A stretch of DNA of 64,000 nt, from the NCBI GenBank assembly GCA_051530055.1, contig CM121341.1:8224784-8288783 (forward strand), read 5' to 3'. Below, in pieces: positions 24,436 through 36,674 of this stretch. The stretch's first letter is position 1. Each line of letters begins with the position of its first letter. The translations under genes were made by a program, and so were the position numbers. The stretch comes from Neoechinorhynchus agilis (Eukaryota > Animalia > Acanthocephala). The notes beneath the pieces were generated by a model. The model did no database searches. It had not been told where the DNA came from and saw nothing but the letters and a program-made list of their open reading frames with translations.

Positions 24436-25425
24436 ATGTCCAACTTAAACGGCATTCTTGAAAAGTAAGAACTCAGAAATGCATTCAAAGTCCACGAAAA
24501 TAGCATTATAGTCCCGATGAGCAATCCTATCTTGATCTGGTCGGTCGGATTATATCTGAAGGCAGTGTTCGCGAGAATCGAACGGGGATCAATACACGAT
24601 CGATATTTGGAGCGCAACTTCGTTATAATCTTAGTGAAGGTTGGATTGCTTCCTTTTTAAATTCCACTAAAAGTTCATTGGCTTCTAGACACAATGCCGG
24701 TTTTCACGACAAAGCGCGTCTATTGGAAAGGCGTTTTGGAAGAGCTGTTTTGGTTTATTGGAGGTAAGACCGATAGTCGATTATTATCGGCTAAGAATGT
24801 TCACATCTGGGACGCTAATGGTAGCAGAGAATACCTTGACTCGATTGGACTCAAAGATCGCGAGGATGGAGACCTTGGTCCAGTGTATGGATTCCAATGG
24901 AGGCATTTTGGTGCCCAGTATACTGATTCCCACGCTGACTATCGTGAAAAAGGAGTTGATCAACTTAAATGGCTTATTTCGGAAATAAAAAACAATCCGA
25001 CAAGTCGAAGACTAATAATGTCGGCATGGAATCCCATGGATTTAAACGAAATGGCACTCCCTCCGTGCCACGTAATGTGCCAGTTTTACGTTCAATCAAA
25101 TGAACTTTCATGTCAGATGTATCAAAGATCGGCTGATATGGGTCTTGGCGTTCCGTTCAATGTGGCCAGTTACTCACTCTTAACTCACTTAATCGCTCAC
25201 GTAACAGGACTTCGTGCTAAGGAGTTTATCCATTCTATTGGAGATGCTCACGTCTACGAAAACCACATTAAACCTCTCGAGGAACAGTTAAAGCGAAAAC
25301 CTTTGCGGTTCCCACGCTTAAAAATCACCAATGATTGTACGGATATTGATTCTTTGAAACCCGAACACGTCGAACTTGTGGGTTACAAGCCCATGGCTAA
25401 GATTCAAATGGACATGGCCGTATGA
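24436..25425 (+). CDS. TYMS: Thymidylate synthase, three exons
   Basis: Reconstructed [55 protein letters not shown] using GT-AG introns of ~47 nt (24465-24511) and ~49 nt. Catalytic [21 protein letters not shown] and GDAHVY motifs. Confidence 0.95.
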
Positions 25426-26064
25426 ATTGCCATAAAATAGACGTTTTTGGTTCTCCCTTTAATCGTGGTGGCGTAAACATGGGTTTGAACAATACTATTT
25501 AGGGTTCCGTTTTCAAACGATAGTGGAGTTTGGACGTTATTTTAAAATAAGAAATTGTTGCATCATCTTGAAAAAGGAGAAATATTAATTGATTTTGTTG
25601 TAAGCAGTAATATTATTAAGCCTTAGGTGTATTCGCTCTTGACAACCAAACTATTTCGATTACGCTCTTTTAATTTATAGATCGATCACGGCCAATGAGT
25701 TTAAGTTCAGTATTCTAAAGATTCCGGTGAGGGTTGAGATGTGCACATGGAAAGGAAAAATCGACCAATTTCTTATCTAAATAAAGTGGCATCTTTCAAA
25801 ACCAATTTGTCAAAATATCTTCTAATGTTCCACAAGGAACGCTCAGGCAATGTTACCAATCAAAAGACTACTATGATTCTTGTTTTAAAAAACTAAATGT
25901 ACTTAGTTCATCCAATATCCTAAAACTGTTCAAGTGAACAGGTTTGAACATTAGATAATTGTTCGCTTTGTATATATTATAAAATACTGTGTCGGGTTTA
26001 TCCCCATGGATACCAAATATATTTCGATTTTAAACATTGATGCGTTTTTATCCTTTTTGAATAG

Positions 26065-26625
26065 ATGGCTGACCCCTCGATTTTTAAAAACCTGTTGAGT
26101 AAACATGATCAAAAATTCAATGATTTTGTTTATAGCTCAGACAAAGACACAAACAATCCGATTTTAAACAACAAACATGAAAATATTGTTCCACAACATC
26201 TCTCGCGACTATTAGTGGCCATTAGAACAAAGAAATCTTATTTTGTTTATCCTTCAAGAGTGCAGTTTATGTGCGGGTTTAAGTTAAAAGACTTTTTTAA
26301 GAATAATTTCGTTATTGGTAGTGAAGATTGTGAACGAGTTCAGTTGGCATTTGATCGTGTTAGGAAGGAGGCCAATGTATCGCCTGACGGTTCAATCCCA
26401 CAAAAATTTGTCTTACCTGCACTTAAGACCCTTTGCGGCATTGATGAAAATGCAGCATTTGAACAGGGAAATGGTGGCAATGATGAACCAAAGACTCAAG
26501 GAACACTCGATTTCAATATGCCATTTCTCAACGACATTCTAAAAAGGATAAGTAAACGGAATACAATGAAAGAGAAACTGTTATCGATTCAGAAAAAAAT
26601 AATGACAAATACGACCAGTATTTGA
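26065..26625 (+). CDS. Hypothetical protein (possibly a 5' exon of the gene continuing at ~26905)
   Basis: 186-aa ORF with ATG directly after a pyrimidine tract and AG; no family recognised. Confidence 0.55.
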   Translation: MADPSIFKNLLSKHDQKFNDFVYSSDKDTNNPILNNKHENIVPQHLSRLLVAIRTKKSYFVYPSRVQFMCGFKLKDFFKNNFVIGSEDCERVQLAFDRVRKEANVSPDGSIPQKFVLPALKTLCGIDENAAFEQGNGGNDEPKTQGTLDFNMPFLNDILKRISKRNTMKEKLLSIQKKIMTNTTSI

Positions 26626-26904
26626 GTGAAGGGAGCAGTCGAAGTATAGTAATTTTAGTTATCGTTTAATTTCGAGAGGCACAATGTTCACTAATCGCGG
26701 AGAGTCGTTTTCGCAATGAGCGAATTTAAAAATATAACCTGTTTACAGTTACAAACTCGATTTTTGCACTTAGGTTTTTATGCTGTACTCTCTCGGATGT
26801 AAAGATAAAAAATCTTCATAACTTGTATAATAATTAAGCCAGAATATTTATTTTTTTACGACTATCCGGTTAGATTGTGCTTCAATTCGCTATTAAATCT
26901 TCAG

Positions 26905-27727
26905 TGATGATACTTTTTTCTATTTAATCTACTCGAATTCTGGTCACAAGCTTGTTTTTGAGGGCATAAAAGATGCTCTTTTTTGCAAACACCAAACAGA
27001 AAAAAGAATCGAATTTCACCAAAAGATGGTTGTGTTATTACAAGATTGGGTGAGAGTTGATTTTCAGGCTTTCTCTGCCTTACATTGCCTCGCCGAACGA
27101 GTTTTGCTTTGTATTGATCAGCAATACCAACATAAAGTGGACTACGTCCATTCTAAGGACGACCTTAAGGCTCCAGTGCAGTCAGAAGAGCTCCAGTCGT
27201 CGATTGAGTCGTATTATCCATTTGCTAAGGAAATAAGTGACTTTAAAAAGGAATACGATTTGAAGACAAAGGAACGAGATCTCATATGTAAAGAAAAAGA
27301 CGTTTCGTCGAGAGTGATTGAAAGGATTGCGAATATAAATTTAAGAAAACCAATCATGCCACTTAATGATCTCTTCACTCATGACGCTGATCTAACCCTT
27401 CTCGAGAAGCTGAGACTTTTTAGCTCAGTTAAAGAAGGCGTTCATGAGGTAGTGAGAAGAGGTAGAACCCAAGAACCACGGATCACTACCTACATTATCA
27501 TATGGCTCACTTTATGCGATATTTATCCGCTGTTGATCAGTATGGATACTTATAAAAGGTTCCAGTTCCTCTTAGATTTGAAACAAAGACGTGACAGATC
27601 CACAATAAATGAACAACGATTTGCACATTTTAAGGATGATTTCAAAAATTTTGAAATCGAAGACAAATCATTAATGAGGGTCTTTGAGATTTTGTCAAGT
27701 GCACAGAAGTGCACCAATTATTTTTAA
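26905..27727 (+). CDS. Hypothetical protein, helical; probable large exon
   Basis: The 233-aa ORF frame stays open upstream to a cttcag acceptor ending at ~26904; no family recognised. Confidence 0.6.
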
Positions 27728-29862
27728 AATAAAATGGATTTTTTGATGAATCGCCGATTAACTTTTAAACAAGATTATTCTTAAGGTGAGATTAGAGTTG
27801 GATTCTGAAATTCTATCTCTATGGTTTAAGTAGATGTCTTGCAATAAAAGTCAACATATTCGTTAGAAAACAACTTAAGATCGGGAACTCCAACGGAGTT
27901 TATAACCGATAAAAAGCACGTGACTAAATAGAACCTTCAAATAGTACTTGAGAAAATCCTTAAATGCATTTCCACCAGTGGAAATGTTATGATTGTTTCT
28001 ATCTCGAGTAATCCATAATGAATTGCTTAGATACCATGCAAATTTAATTGGATTTCTGGTGATCATAATCTCCCGAATAAAATATGTTTGTGCGAAGAAA
28101 CCTCGCAAAAGAGCTATTAGAATCTCTTCTTTCAAGCAATGACTGATGAAGCAAACCGTCCTCTTTCGAAATATACCAATCAAATATTTTCTATCAAGAC
28201 GAAGGATTATTCCGATCACAACTCGAACTCTATCAACCCGAAGGATTTCCTCTCGGTGATTTAAATTTAAGCGGTTGACTTTTGTACCAGGAGAAACAAT
28301 TAGTTGTCAAATGGTGATTTTGTATGATTTTAAATAAATCAAAACACGATAATAATCTAAGAACCCCTTAAAATGACGTTTTAAGTCAAGTTTTCATATG
28401 CGATGGATTTTTAAATTCCTTTTCAATGTCGGAAAAATTGTTGAAGTCGAACATTAAAGATGTCTGATTTAAAAATAAAGTATATTTACGGGACTCCATT
28501 AGCAAGGCCGTCGTCAGAGCAAATAAAATGAACATTGAATGCTTTTGAGCGCCATTTTTCCAATCTTAAAACTCCGGTTGACTTTACGAATTTTCATATT
28601 AAAATTTAATATTGTTGAAAGGATTGCACATTTTGCGCACAACTGGAAATGGGTTTTTCTCCACGTCCATTATTTTATCGATATCATCACGAAAGGATAT
28701 TTGGCACATAACGAATTCTTTTTTGAAAGAATGATTTCGAAAAGCATCCACGCGACCGCTCCGGATCAGCGGACTTCGGGGAATGAACCAGGACCTCCGC
28801 AGGGTACCCCGTGGGCTTCGTCAAGGAAAAGACTCCACCATCGATGATGTTTTCTTCAATAGTCTCGTTTTGTGAGTGGCAAGTTTCCGTCTTTAAGTCG
28901 CGGTCCAATCTCCAGGAGGATCGTAACGAGTGTAGTGTTCCTAAGGACCGAAATGATCGCGGTTAAAAGAAACGCTTTTAAGTAGACATCGACATTCGTG
29001 CTTGTTAAAATGTCTGAAGATAATGTCTCACAGCTTGATATGAGTGTTTTGTTGAGTTGTTTCAGCGTTTGCTGCGAAATAAAGAACTCACATGAAGGAA
29101 TAATAAATGGGTTTTAAAATAAGAAAACTGAGAAATCCTGGAGAATTCAAGGAAAAGATGATTAAAACGGTTGCGAATAGAATAGCTCAACGTAGGTTTA
29201 TTTCTGAAACGTAATTAAGAAAGAGACGCTGATTAAAATGTATGGAGGAATATCGAGAGTCGTTCTAGGATAAGATGGGAACTTAGACTAAGCCACGAAA
29301 AGTCATAGTGTTGTCTTCGCAAAAGCAGAAATGGCAATGATGCACTTTTTGTGACATGCTGGCATCAATGATTTCTCATTTTGCACGAAGGAAATCGTGG
29401 ATGTCAGGAATATTCTTAAACGGACGTTTTCTCCACTACGATCTTCTAAAGATTTCAAAGAGAGACTATGTTGGTTTTTATATCTTACAGATTGTAATTT
29501 AGGTTTTTTAGGCCGGAAATTGAAGGAATTTATTATGTCCGATTGATATCTTGTACGCCTTTATTAAGATTATTTTTGTTTATCTAAACCAACAATTCAA
29601 TCTTCAAACGTTATAATTTATGCCTGAATTTTTTTCCTGAGACTGGATTATTTTATAAAAAAGTTTACTTTGGTTATGGACACTGCGCTCGTGTTCTTTG
29701 GCGAAAAACGGAGTGTACCTTGTTCTAAAAACGTCTCTGAATAAGTTAGAGTGCACGTCGCGATCAGCTATTTAAGGACTTTGAAATAAAACGTAAAACC
29801 ACATAACTTAAAAAACGAGCGTAATATCGCCGTCTCCACAAAGGTTGCAGCGGCGTTTAAAG

Positions 29863-31388
29863 ATGATAAATTCGTTGAAATCAAAAGAAATCATTGATCG
29901 CGAGTGGAAATATGGCTGCCACAATTATCACCCCCTTCCAGTTGTTCTCAATTGCGGTCAAGGTTTGTCCACACTTGAAGCCTTTAATGAAATCATTCTT
30001 TTAGGAATCTTTGTCTTCGATCTGGACAACCGGCGATATTTCGATTTCCTTAGTGGATACAGTGCCCTCAACCAAGGTCACTGCCATCCTAAGATAACTG
30101 CAGCTCTCAAGGACCAAGCAGATAAACTAACCCTTACGTCTCGTGCTTTTTATAACGACAAATTGAGTGATATGGAGCAATTTTGTTGTCAATTGTTTGG
30201 CTACGATAAACTTCTTCCAATGAACTCCGGTTGTGAAGGGTCGGAAAGTGCAGTGAAGATTGCTAGAAGATGGGGATATGAGATAAAAGGCATTCCTGAT
30301 AACGAAGCGATCGTCGTATTTGCGGAAGGGAATTTTTGGGGGCGTTCTATTGCTGCCGTGTCCTCTTCCACGGATCCAGATTCATTTAAGCACTATGGTC
30401 CATATTTGCCTAAATTCGAGATAATAAAGTATAATGATCTAGAAGAGTTAGAGGTTTGTTCTCAATCGTTATCAATGAACACTTTCACAATCCACTAAGG
30501 ATAAATGCAAGAATCCAAATGTTTGTGCTTTTATGATTGAACCGATTCAAGGGGAGGCAGGTGTAATAATCCCAAATGAAGGATACTTAAAGGGAGTCCG
30601 TGAACTGTGCTCAAAGTATAATGTACTCATGATCGCTGATGAGATACAAACGGGATTAGGGAGAACTGGAAGGTATGAAACTAAAATCAAGAATTAGGCC
30701 AGTAGTTTTAAGATTTTTTGAAATTAAAGTCACGAAAACTCTCGGTTTCAATTCAGAGTTTTGATGTGCGCATTTAAGGTTGATATGCTGCGACCACGAA
30801 AATGTGAAACCTGACATCCTCGTACTTGGAAAGGCAATGTCTGGCGGTTATTACCCGATTTCCGCAGTATTGGCCAACGACAATGTCATGAATGTTATTA
30901 CACCCGGAACTCATGGCTCAACTTATGGTGGAAACCCACTTGCTAGCGTTGTGGCAATTGCTGCTTTAAAAGTACTTCAATGGCATTTTTTACGTTAATA
31001 AACAAAAAATTTAGTGTTTAGTTGAAGAGAATATGATTGAGAATAGTGAGTGTATGGGATTGAAACTGAGAGAAGGATTGGAAAAAATGAAAGGATGTGT
31101 GATCGTCAATGTCCGCGGAAAGGGTCTAATGTGTGCCATCTCCCTTGCACCGGGTATAAACGAATCGGGGTTTAAAAAGTCTTTATGGCTTATTTTTCAG
31201 GTTTCGACGCGTTCAAATTCTGTCTGAAACTTAAAGACGAGGGACTTTTGGCTAAACCAACTCACGGTGTTCACATCAGACTTTGTCCACCGCTGATCAT
31301 TAACGAAGAGCAGATAAAAGAAAGCTTAGACATTATCAACAAAGTGGTCGAATACGTCTCAAGCAATCAGACTGAATTTAGAGCTTAA
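29863..31388 (+). CDS. OAT: Ornithine aminotransferase (class III PLP enzyme), six exons
   Basis: [99 protein letters not shown]. Five GT-AG introns of ~42, 46, 107, 43 and 47 nt. Confidence 0.95.
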
Positions 31389-31572
31389 AGGACATTAAAA
31401 AATAATTAGTCTTTATTGAACGATTAGATAAAAAGTCCTGGGGGTACTCTATACTTTTCATAGGCATTCTTTTCAATGTCTATCTGAGTATCTTTAATCA
31501 CATAAACGCATTCCAATTCTAATTTAAACCGACTCCGGGTTCCCGAGTAGAAACGAAAACAATCAAAAGAAT

Positions 31573-32055
31573 CCCTCCTCTCGGCTGGGTTCATAAGCGC
31601 GGCCCAAATAATAACATAAAATACAATTGACTTCTCCCGTAAAATCCTTTAGAACAACATAAAAAATCAAATAACAATAAACTTGCGAAACAATAAAATT
31701 GATAAAATGATACAATGAATCGATTTTAAAGCATTCGTCTTTATTGATTCGTCCTTTCGGATGGGTTCATAAACGCGACCAAAATAATAACATAAAATAC
31801 AATTGACTTCTCCCGTAAAATCCTTTAGAATAACATAAAAAATCAAATAACAATAAACTTGCGAAACAATAAAATTGATAAAATGATACAATGAATCGAT
31901 TTTAAAGCATTCGTCTTTATTGATCCATCCTCTCGGCTGGGTTCATAAGCGCGACCCAAATAATAACATAAAAACAAACCAAATAACAATAAACTTGCGA
32001 AACAATAGAATTGATGCAATAAGTCGACTTTACAGCATTGGTCTTTATTGATTCC
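31573..32055. repeat. Tandem repeat, 176-bp unit, ~2.7 diverged copies
   Basis: 'tgggttcat' recurs at 31586, 31762 and 31938. Confidence 0.8.
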
Positions 32056-32308
32056 TCATCTCTGGGGGAAGTGACCAAACACTAAAAATCTTTATTTCCA
32101 AGCTTTCGCAATTTTAACGTCGTAAAGACTTGCAAACAATAGACTGAAGAAGGCGATCAATTATTTGATAATCCGCTATAAGAAAGTTAAAATGATGAGC
32201 ATCTTTACGAGAACAAAGAAATGACGTCAAAAAATCTATTGCCGCCAAGAATTCTTAAAAGCGCGCCATAACACCGGAAGAAAAAAGTATATTATTAATT
32301 TTCAATCG

Positions 32309-33498
32309 GTGAAGATTGATGTTTGTGATCGTTCAATGACGTCTGAAAGTGTTGATTTGATTGATGATGATGATGATGTTTCTGACGCGGATATTCCTTT
32401 CTCGATTCCTGGTACAATGCGTCCGGAAAACACTGTTTGGGTGATTGGCATAAACGAAACGACCACAGCGGAGATGCTGAAGGATTTGTTTGCTTCATAT
32501 GGAGAAGTTTCGGAAGCGCGTATCGTTAAGAAGATAAAATGTTGCCGGTTTTTCGGGCAGGTTTCAATGATGAGAGAAAAAGACGCCAATCTTGCGATTG
32601 TTGGAGTTCATTTGACGCAATTGAATGGAAATCGAGTGGAATGTGTGAGAGGGGACCGTAAGAAGATCGATGAAGTAAAGAATTTTATTGACGAAAAGCA
32701 TCAATCGCGGTTGATCAGCCAAGAATGCAGGTCGCCGAGAATCTCAAGCTTGACTGCGTCTTTTTTAGGTAATAATCTATTTAAAATCATTCTTGACTTT
32801 AAGACTGCTAATATCTTTTTAAGCGCACTCCTTAGAGATTGATCCTCGATGCCTGTTTATTTAATCGAGTTCTTAAACGCCGTTCAAAATTAGAACTGAA
32901 CGACAGTGCGTACCTTTGCCGGCGCAAAAACGATTTGAACGTTCAGAAGGCAAGTGTTCACTACTATGAAAAACTTATAAAGACTCGAGAATCCAACGTG
33001 GCTCGACGTGAGCAACGAGTTGAGTCTTTGAACAAAGAGCTCATTGAACTCGAAGAAACATTGAAGTTGGACCGAGAGAACCTTAGAAAGGACCGTGAAG
33101 AGCATAATCGACGCTTGGCGGAAATGGACGAACGCGAAACACAGGTCAGACAACGGATGAATGCACTGAGAATTGAAAAACAAAAACTCGAGGATACATT
33201 GGTCAACAATCGTTTAAAGCGATCTTCTTTGAAATATAATTACCCACCCAATCATGGTAAGGTTCAAAGACACACAACGGACTTTGGACATGTAAATCCT
33301 ATCGACTACATTGCGCCACCGTCGCCCTCACCAACGTGGTTTCATCATCGACCCGTGTATATGCCAACGATGAGTTCCACAATACAAAGACCATTTAATC
33401 AAGTGGCCCATTCACCGTATAGACCAAGGAGGACAATGGGATTTCGAAGAACGGGATCACGAGGCCGTGGTAGATACTCCTCGCATAGGAGAACTTGA
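32309..33498 (+). CDS. RRM plus coiled-coil protein with Arg/Gly-rich tail, probably two exons
   Basis: RRM-like TVWVIGINETTTAEMLKDLFASYGEV..FFGQVSM in ORF 32309-32842; coiled coil and RRTGSRGRGR tail in ORF 32839-33498. A GT-AG intron at ~32770-32869 joins the frames, though its acceptor is weak. Confidence 0.7.
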
Positions 33499-34242
33499 AA
33501 CATTGAAGAGAACGAATGGAACAAATGACCGGAACTTTGGAAAATATACTGAAAAGTGCACTTTAAGCAAAAAGAGCAAAATCGCCGTCGTATTTGGTTA
33601 TACATTAGATAATTTTTAGCCTTCCACGATTTAAATTGACCAATTAATTTTTGTAAAGAAGTTTTATTGATCTCAATATTTCGTCGGACTTCTTCAAGTT
33701 GTTTCCGTATTTCCGATGTTTCACATTATCGAGGTTTTCTCATTGTTTTGCAAGCTGTCGAGAGCGTTCAGCAACGCTCGTTAAAAAAACTTTTCACTAA
33801 AATAAAGAAATTAGATGCTACCCATTTAAATTCCATAATGTTGATGAAGTTTGCAAATATACATTTGAAAGAATTACGGTGTCAAATGTTAAAAATTTAA
33901 ATAATCTACCGAGTAAAACCTTTTAGAAATTATGTAATTGCTTGTAATTGAGACGAATCACTGAAGGTCCGAAAGTAGGAGCATTCCTTCTGCCAAATAA
34001 AGAGTTTCCCTGTCTAACATCACCTACCGATAGCCTTCGGCACCTCACAAATCCAGAAAACGAGGTGGTGTGAATGTTCATTGTCCAATCTGTTGAAATT
34101 TTTACAAGGTACGAAGATTCAAATGCTCAATGATTAATTTGTGTAAACCAGAGTCAAGCGATTCTTCAGCGATTCGCGTTTAATGCTGCCGTTCAAATTG
34201 TAGGTTTCGAACTCTGCTCCAATGCTTTACACTGAAATGACA

Positions 34243-36478
34243 AGTCCATTTCTTATGACTTCACAATTTTGCGTTTATGTTTCAAACTGCGATGAAGTGT
34301 CCATTTCCTACGATTTAGCAATTTTGCGTTTATGTTTCAAACTGCGATGAAGTGTCCATTTCCTACGATTTAGCAATTTTGCGTTTATGTTTCAAACTTC
34401 GATAAAGTGTCCATTTCCAATGACTTAACAATTTCGCGTCTATGTTTTACACTGGAAAAAAAAGTGTCCATTTCCTACGACTTTGCAATTTTGCGTTTAT
34501 GTTTCAAACTGCGATGAAGTGTCCATTTCCTACGACTTAGGAATTTCGCGCCTATGTTTTAAACTGCGATGAAGCGTCCATTTCTTATGACTTAACAATT
34601 TCCCGCCTTTCTTTCAAACTGCGATAAAGTTTCAATTTCCTGTGACTTAGCAATTTCGCGTCTGTGTTTTACACTGGGAAAAAGTGTAGCAATTTTGCGT
34701 CTATGTTTCAAACTGGGAAAAAGTGTCCATTTCCTATGACTTAGCAATTTTGCGTCTATGTTTCAAACTGCGATAAAGTGTCCATTTCCTACGACTTAGC
34801 AATTTTGCGTTTATGTTTCAAACTGCGATGAAGTGTCCATTTCCTACGATTTAGCAATTTTGCGTTTATGTTTTACACTGGGAAAAAGTGTCCATTTCCT
34901 ATGACTTTGCAATTTTGCGTTTATGTTTCAAACTGCGATAAAGTGTCCATTTCCTACGATTTAGCAATTTCGCGTCTATGTTTTACACTGGGAAAAAGTG
35001 TCCATTTCCTATGACTTAACAATTTCGCGTCTATGTTTCAAACTGCGATAAAGTGTCCATTTCCTACGACTTAGCAATTTCGCGTTTATGTTTTAAACTG
35101 CGATAAAGTGTCCATTTCCTATGACTTAGCAATTTCGCGTCTATGTTTTAAACTGCGATAAAGTGTCCATTTCCTACGACTTAGCAATTTCGCGTCTATG
35201 TTTTACACTGGGAAAAAGTGTCCATTTCCTATGACTTAGCAATTTCGCGTCTATGTTTTACACTGGGAAAAAGTGTCCATTTCCTACGACTTTGCAATTT
35301 TGCGTTTATGTTTCAAACTGCGATAAAGTGTCCATTTCCTACGACTTAGCAATTTCGCGTCTATGTTTCAAACTGCGATAAAGTGTCCATTTCCTACGAT
35401 TTAGCAATTTCGCGTCTATGTTTTACACTGGGAAAAAGTGTCCATTTCCTATGACTTAGCAATTTTGCGTTTATGTTTCAAACTGCGATAAAGTGTCCAT
35501 TTCCTACGACTTAGCAATTTCGCGCCTATGTTTTAAACTGCGATAAAGTGTCCATTTCCTATGACTTAGCAATTTCGCGTCTATGTTTTAAACTGCGATA
35601 AAGTGTCCATTTCCTATGACTTAGCAATTTCGCGTCTATGTTTTACACTGGGAAAAAGTGTCCATTTCCTATGACTTAGCAATTTCGCGTTTATGTTTCA
35701 AACTGCGATAAAGTGTCCATTTCCTACGACTTAACAATTTCGCGTCTATGTTTTAAACTGCGAAAAAGTGTCCATTTCCTATGACTTAGCAATTTCGCGT
35801 CTATGTTTTAAACTGCGATAAAGTGTCCATTTCCTACGACTTAACAATTTCGCGTCTATGTTTTAAACTGCGATAAAGTGTCCATTTCCTACGACTTAAC
35901 AATTTCGCGCCTATGTTTCAAACTGCGAAAAAGTGTCCATTTCCTACGACTTAGCAATTTCGCGTCTATGTTTTACACTGGGAAAAAGTGTCCATTTCCT
36001 ACGACTTAGCAATTTTGCGTCTATGTTTTACACTGGGAAAAAGTGTCCATTTCCTACGACTTAGCAATTTCGCGTCTATGTTTTACACTGGGAAAAAGTG
36101 TCCATTTCCTATGACTTAGCAATTTCGCGTCTATGTTTTACACTGGGAGAAAAGTGTCCATTTCCTACGACTTAGCAATTTCGCGTCTATGTTTTAAACT
36201 GGGAAAAAGTGTCCATTTCCTATGACTTTACATTTTCGCGTCTATGTTTCAAACTGGGAAAAAGTGTCCATTTCCTATGACTTAGCAATTTCTCGTCTAT
36301 GTTTTACACTGGGAAAAAGTGTCCATTTCCTACGATTTAGCAATTTTGCGTTTATGTTTCAAACTGCGATGAAGTGTCCGTTTCCTACGACTTTGCAATT
36401 TCTCGCCTATGTTTTACACTGGGAAAAAGTGTCCATTTCCTACGACTTTACATTTTCGCGGCTATGTTTTACACTGAA
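34243..36478. repeat. Tandem array, 55-bp unit, ~40 copies, two interspersed variants
   Basis: aagtgtccatttcctacgacttagcaatttcgcgtctatgtttt followed by aaactgcgata or acactgggaaa; period 55 (35106 to 35161). Confidence 0.95.
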
Positions 36479-36674
36479 ATGACGTATACTTTTGCTAGGA
36501 CTTGTTAAAATATTAAATATAATTTCATACCTAAAGAACAATTTGATTAGTTTGATCCTATGATGAAGTTCGTTGGCAGCTACTTATGATTGTATTTTCG
36601 ATAGCTCGTATCCTGTGCCGTAGTGGATGTCACAATCGTATTGACTGAGCAGTGCAATTCTATACCTTTGACGG

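Noticed and set aside
28514-29110. Minus-strand frame of ~195 codons with only three internal stops; similar frame at ~9345-9625 with one TAA; possible readthrough or alternative genetic code
   Set aside because: No recognisable protein, and bona fide genes here terminate at both TAA and TGA, so code reassignment is unsupported. May be pseudogene or unresolved exons.
32760-32875. Another TA-bounded interruption in the RRM gene
   Set aside because: An in-phase GT-AG intron with a good donor (ag/gtaata) exists and there is no terminal inverted repeat.
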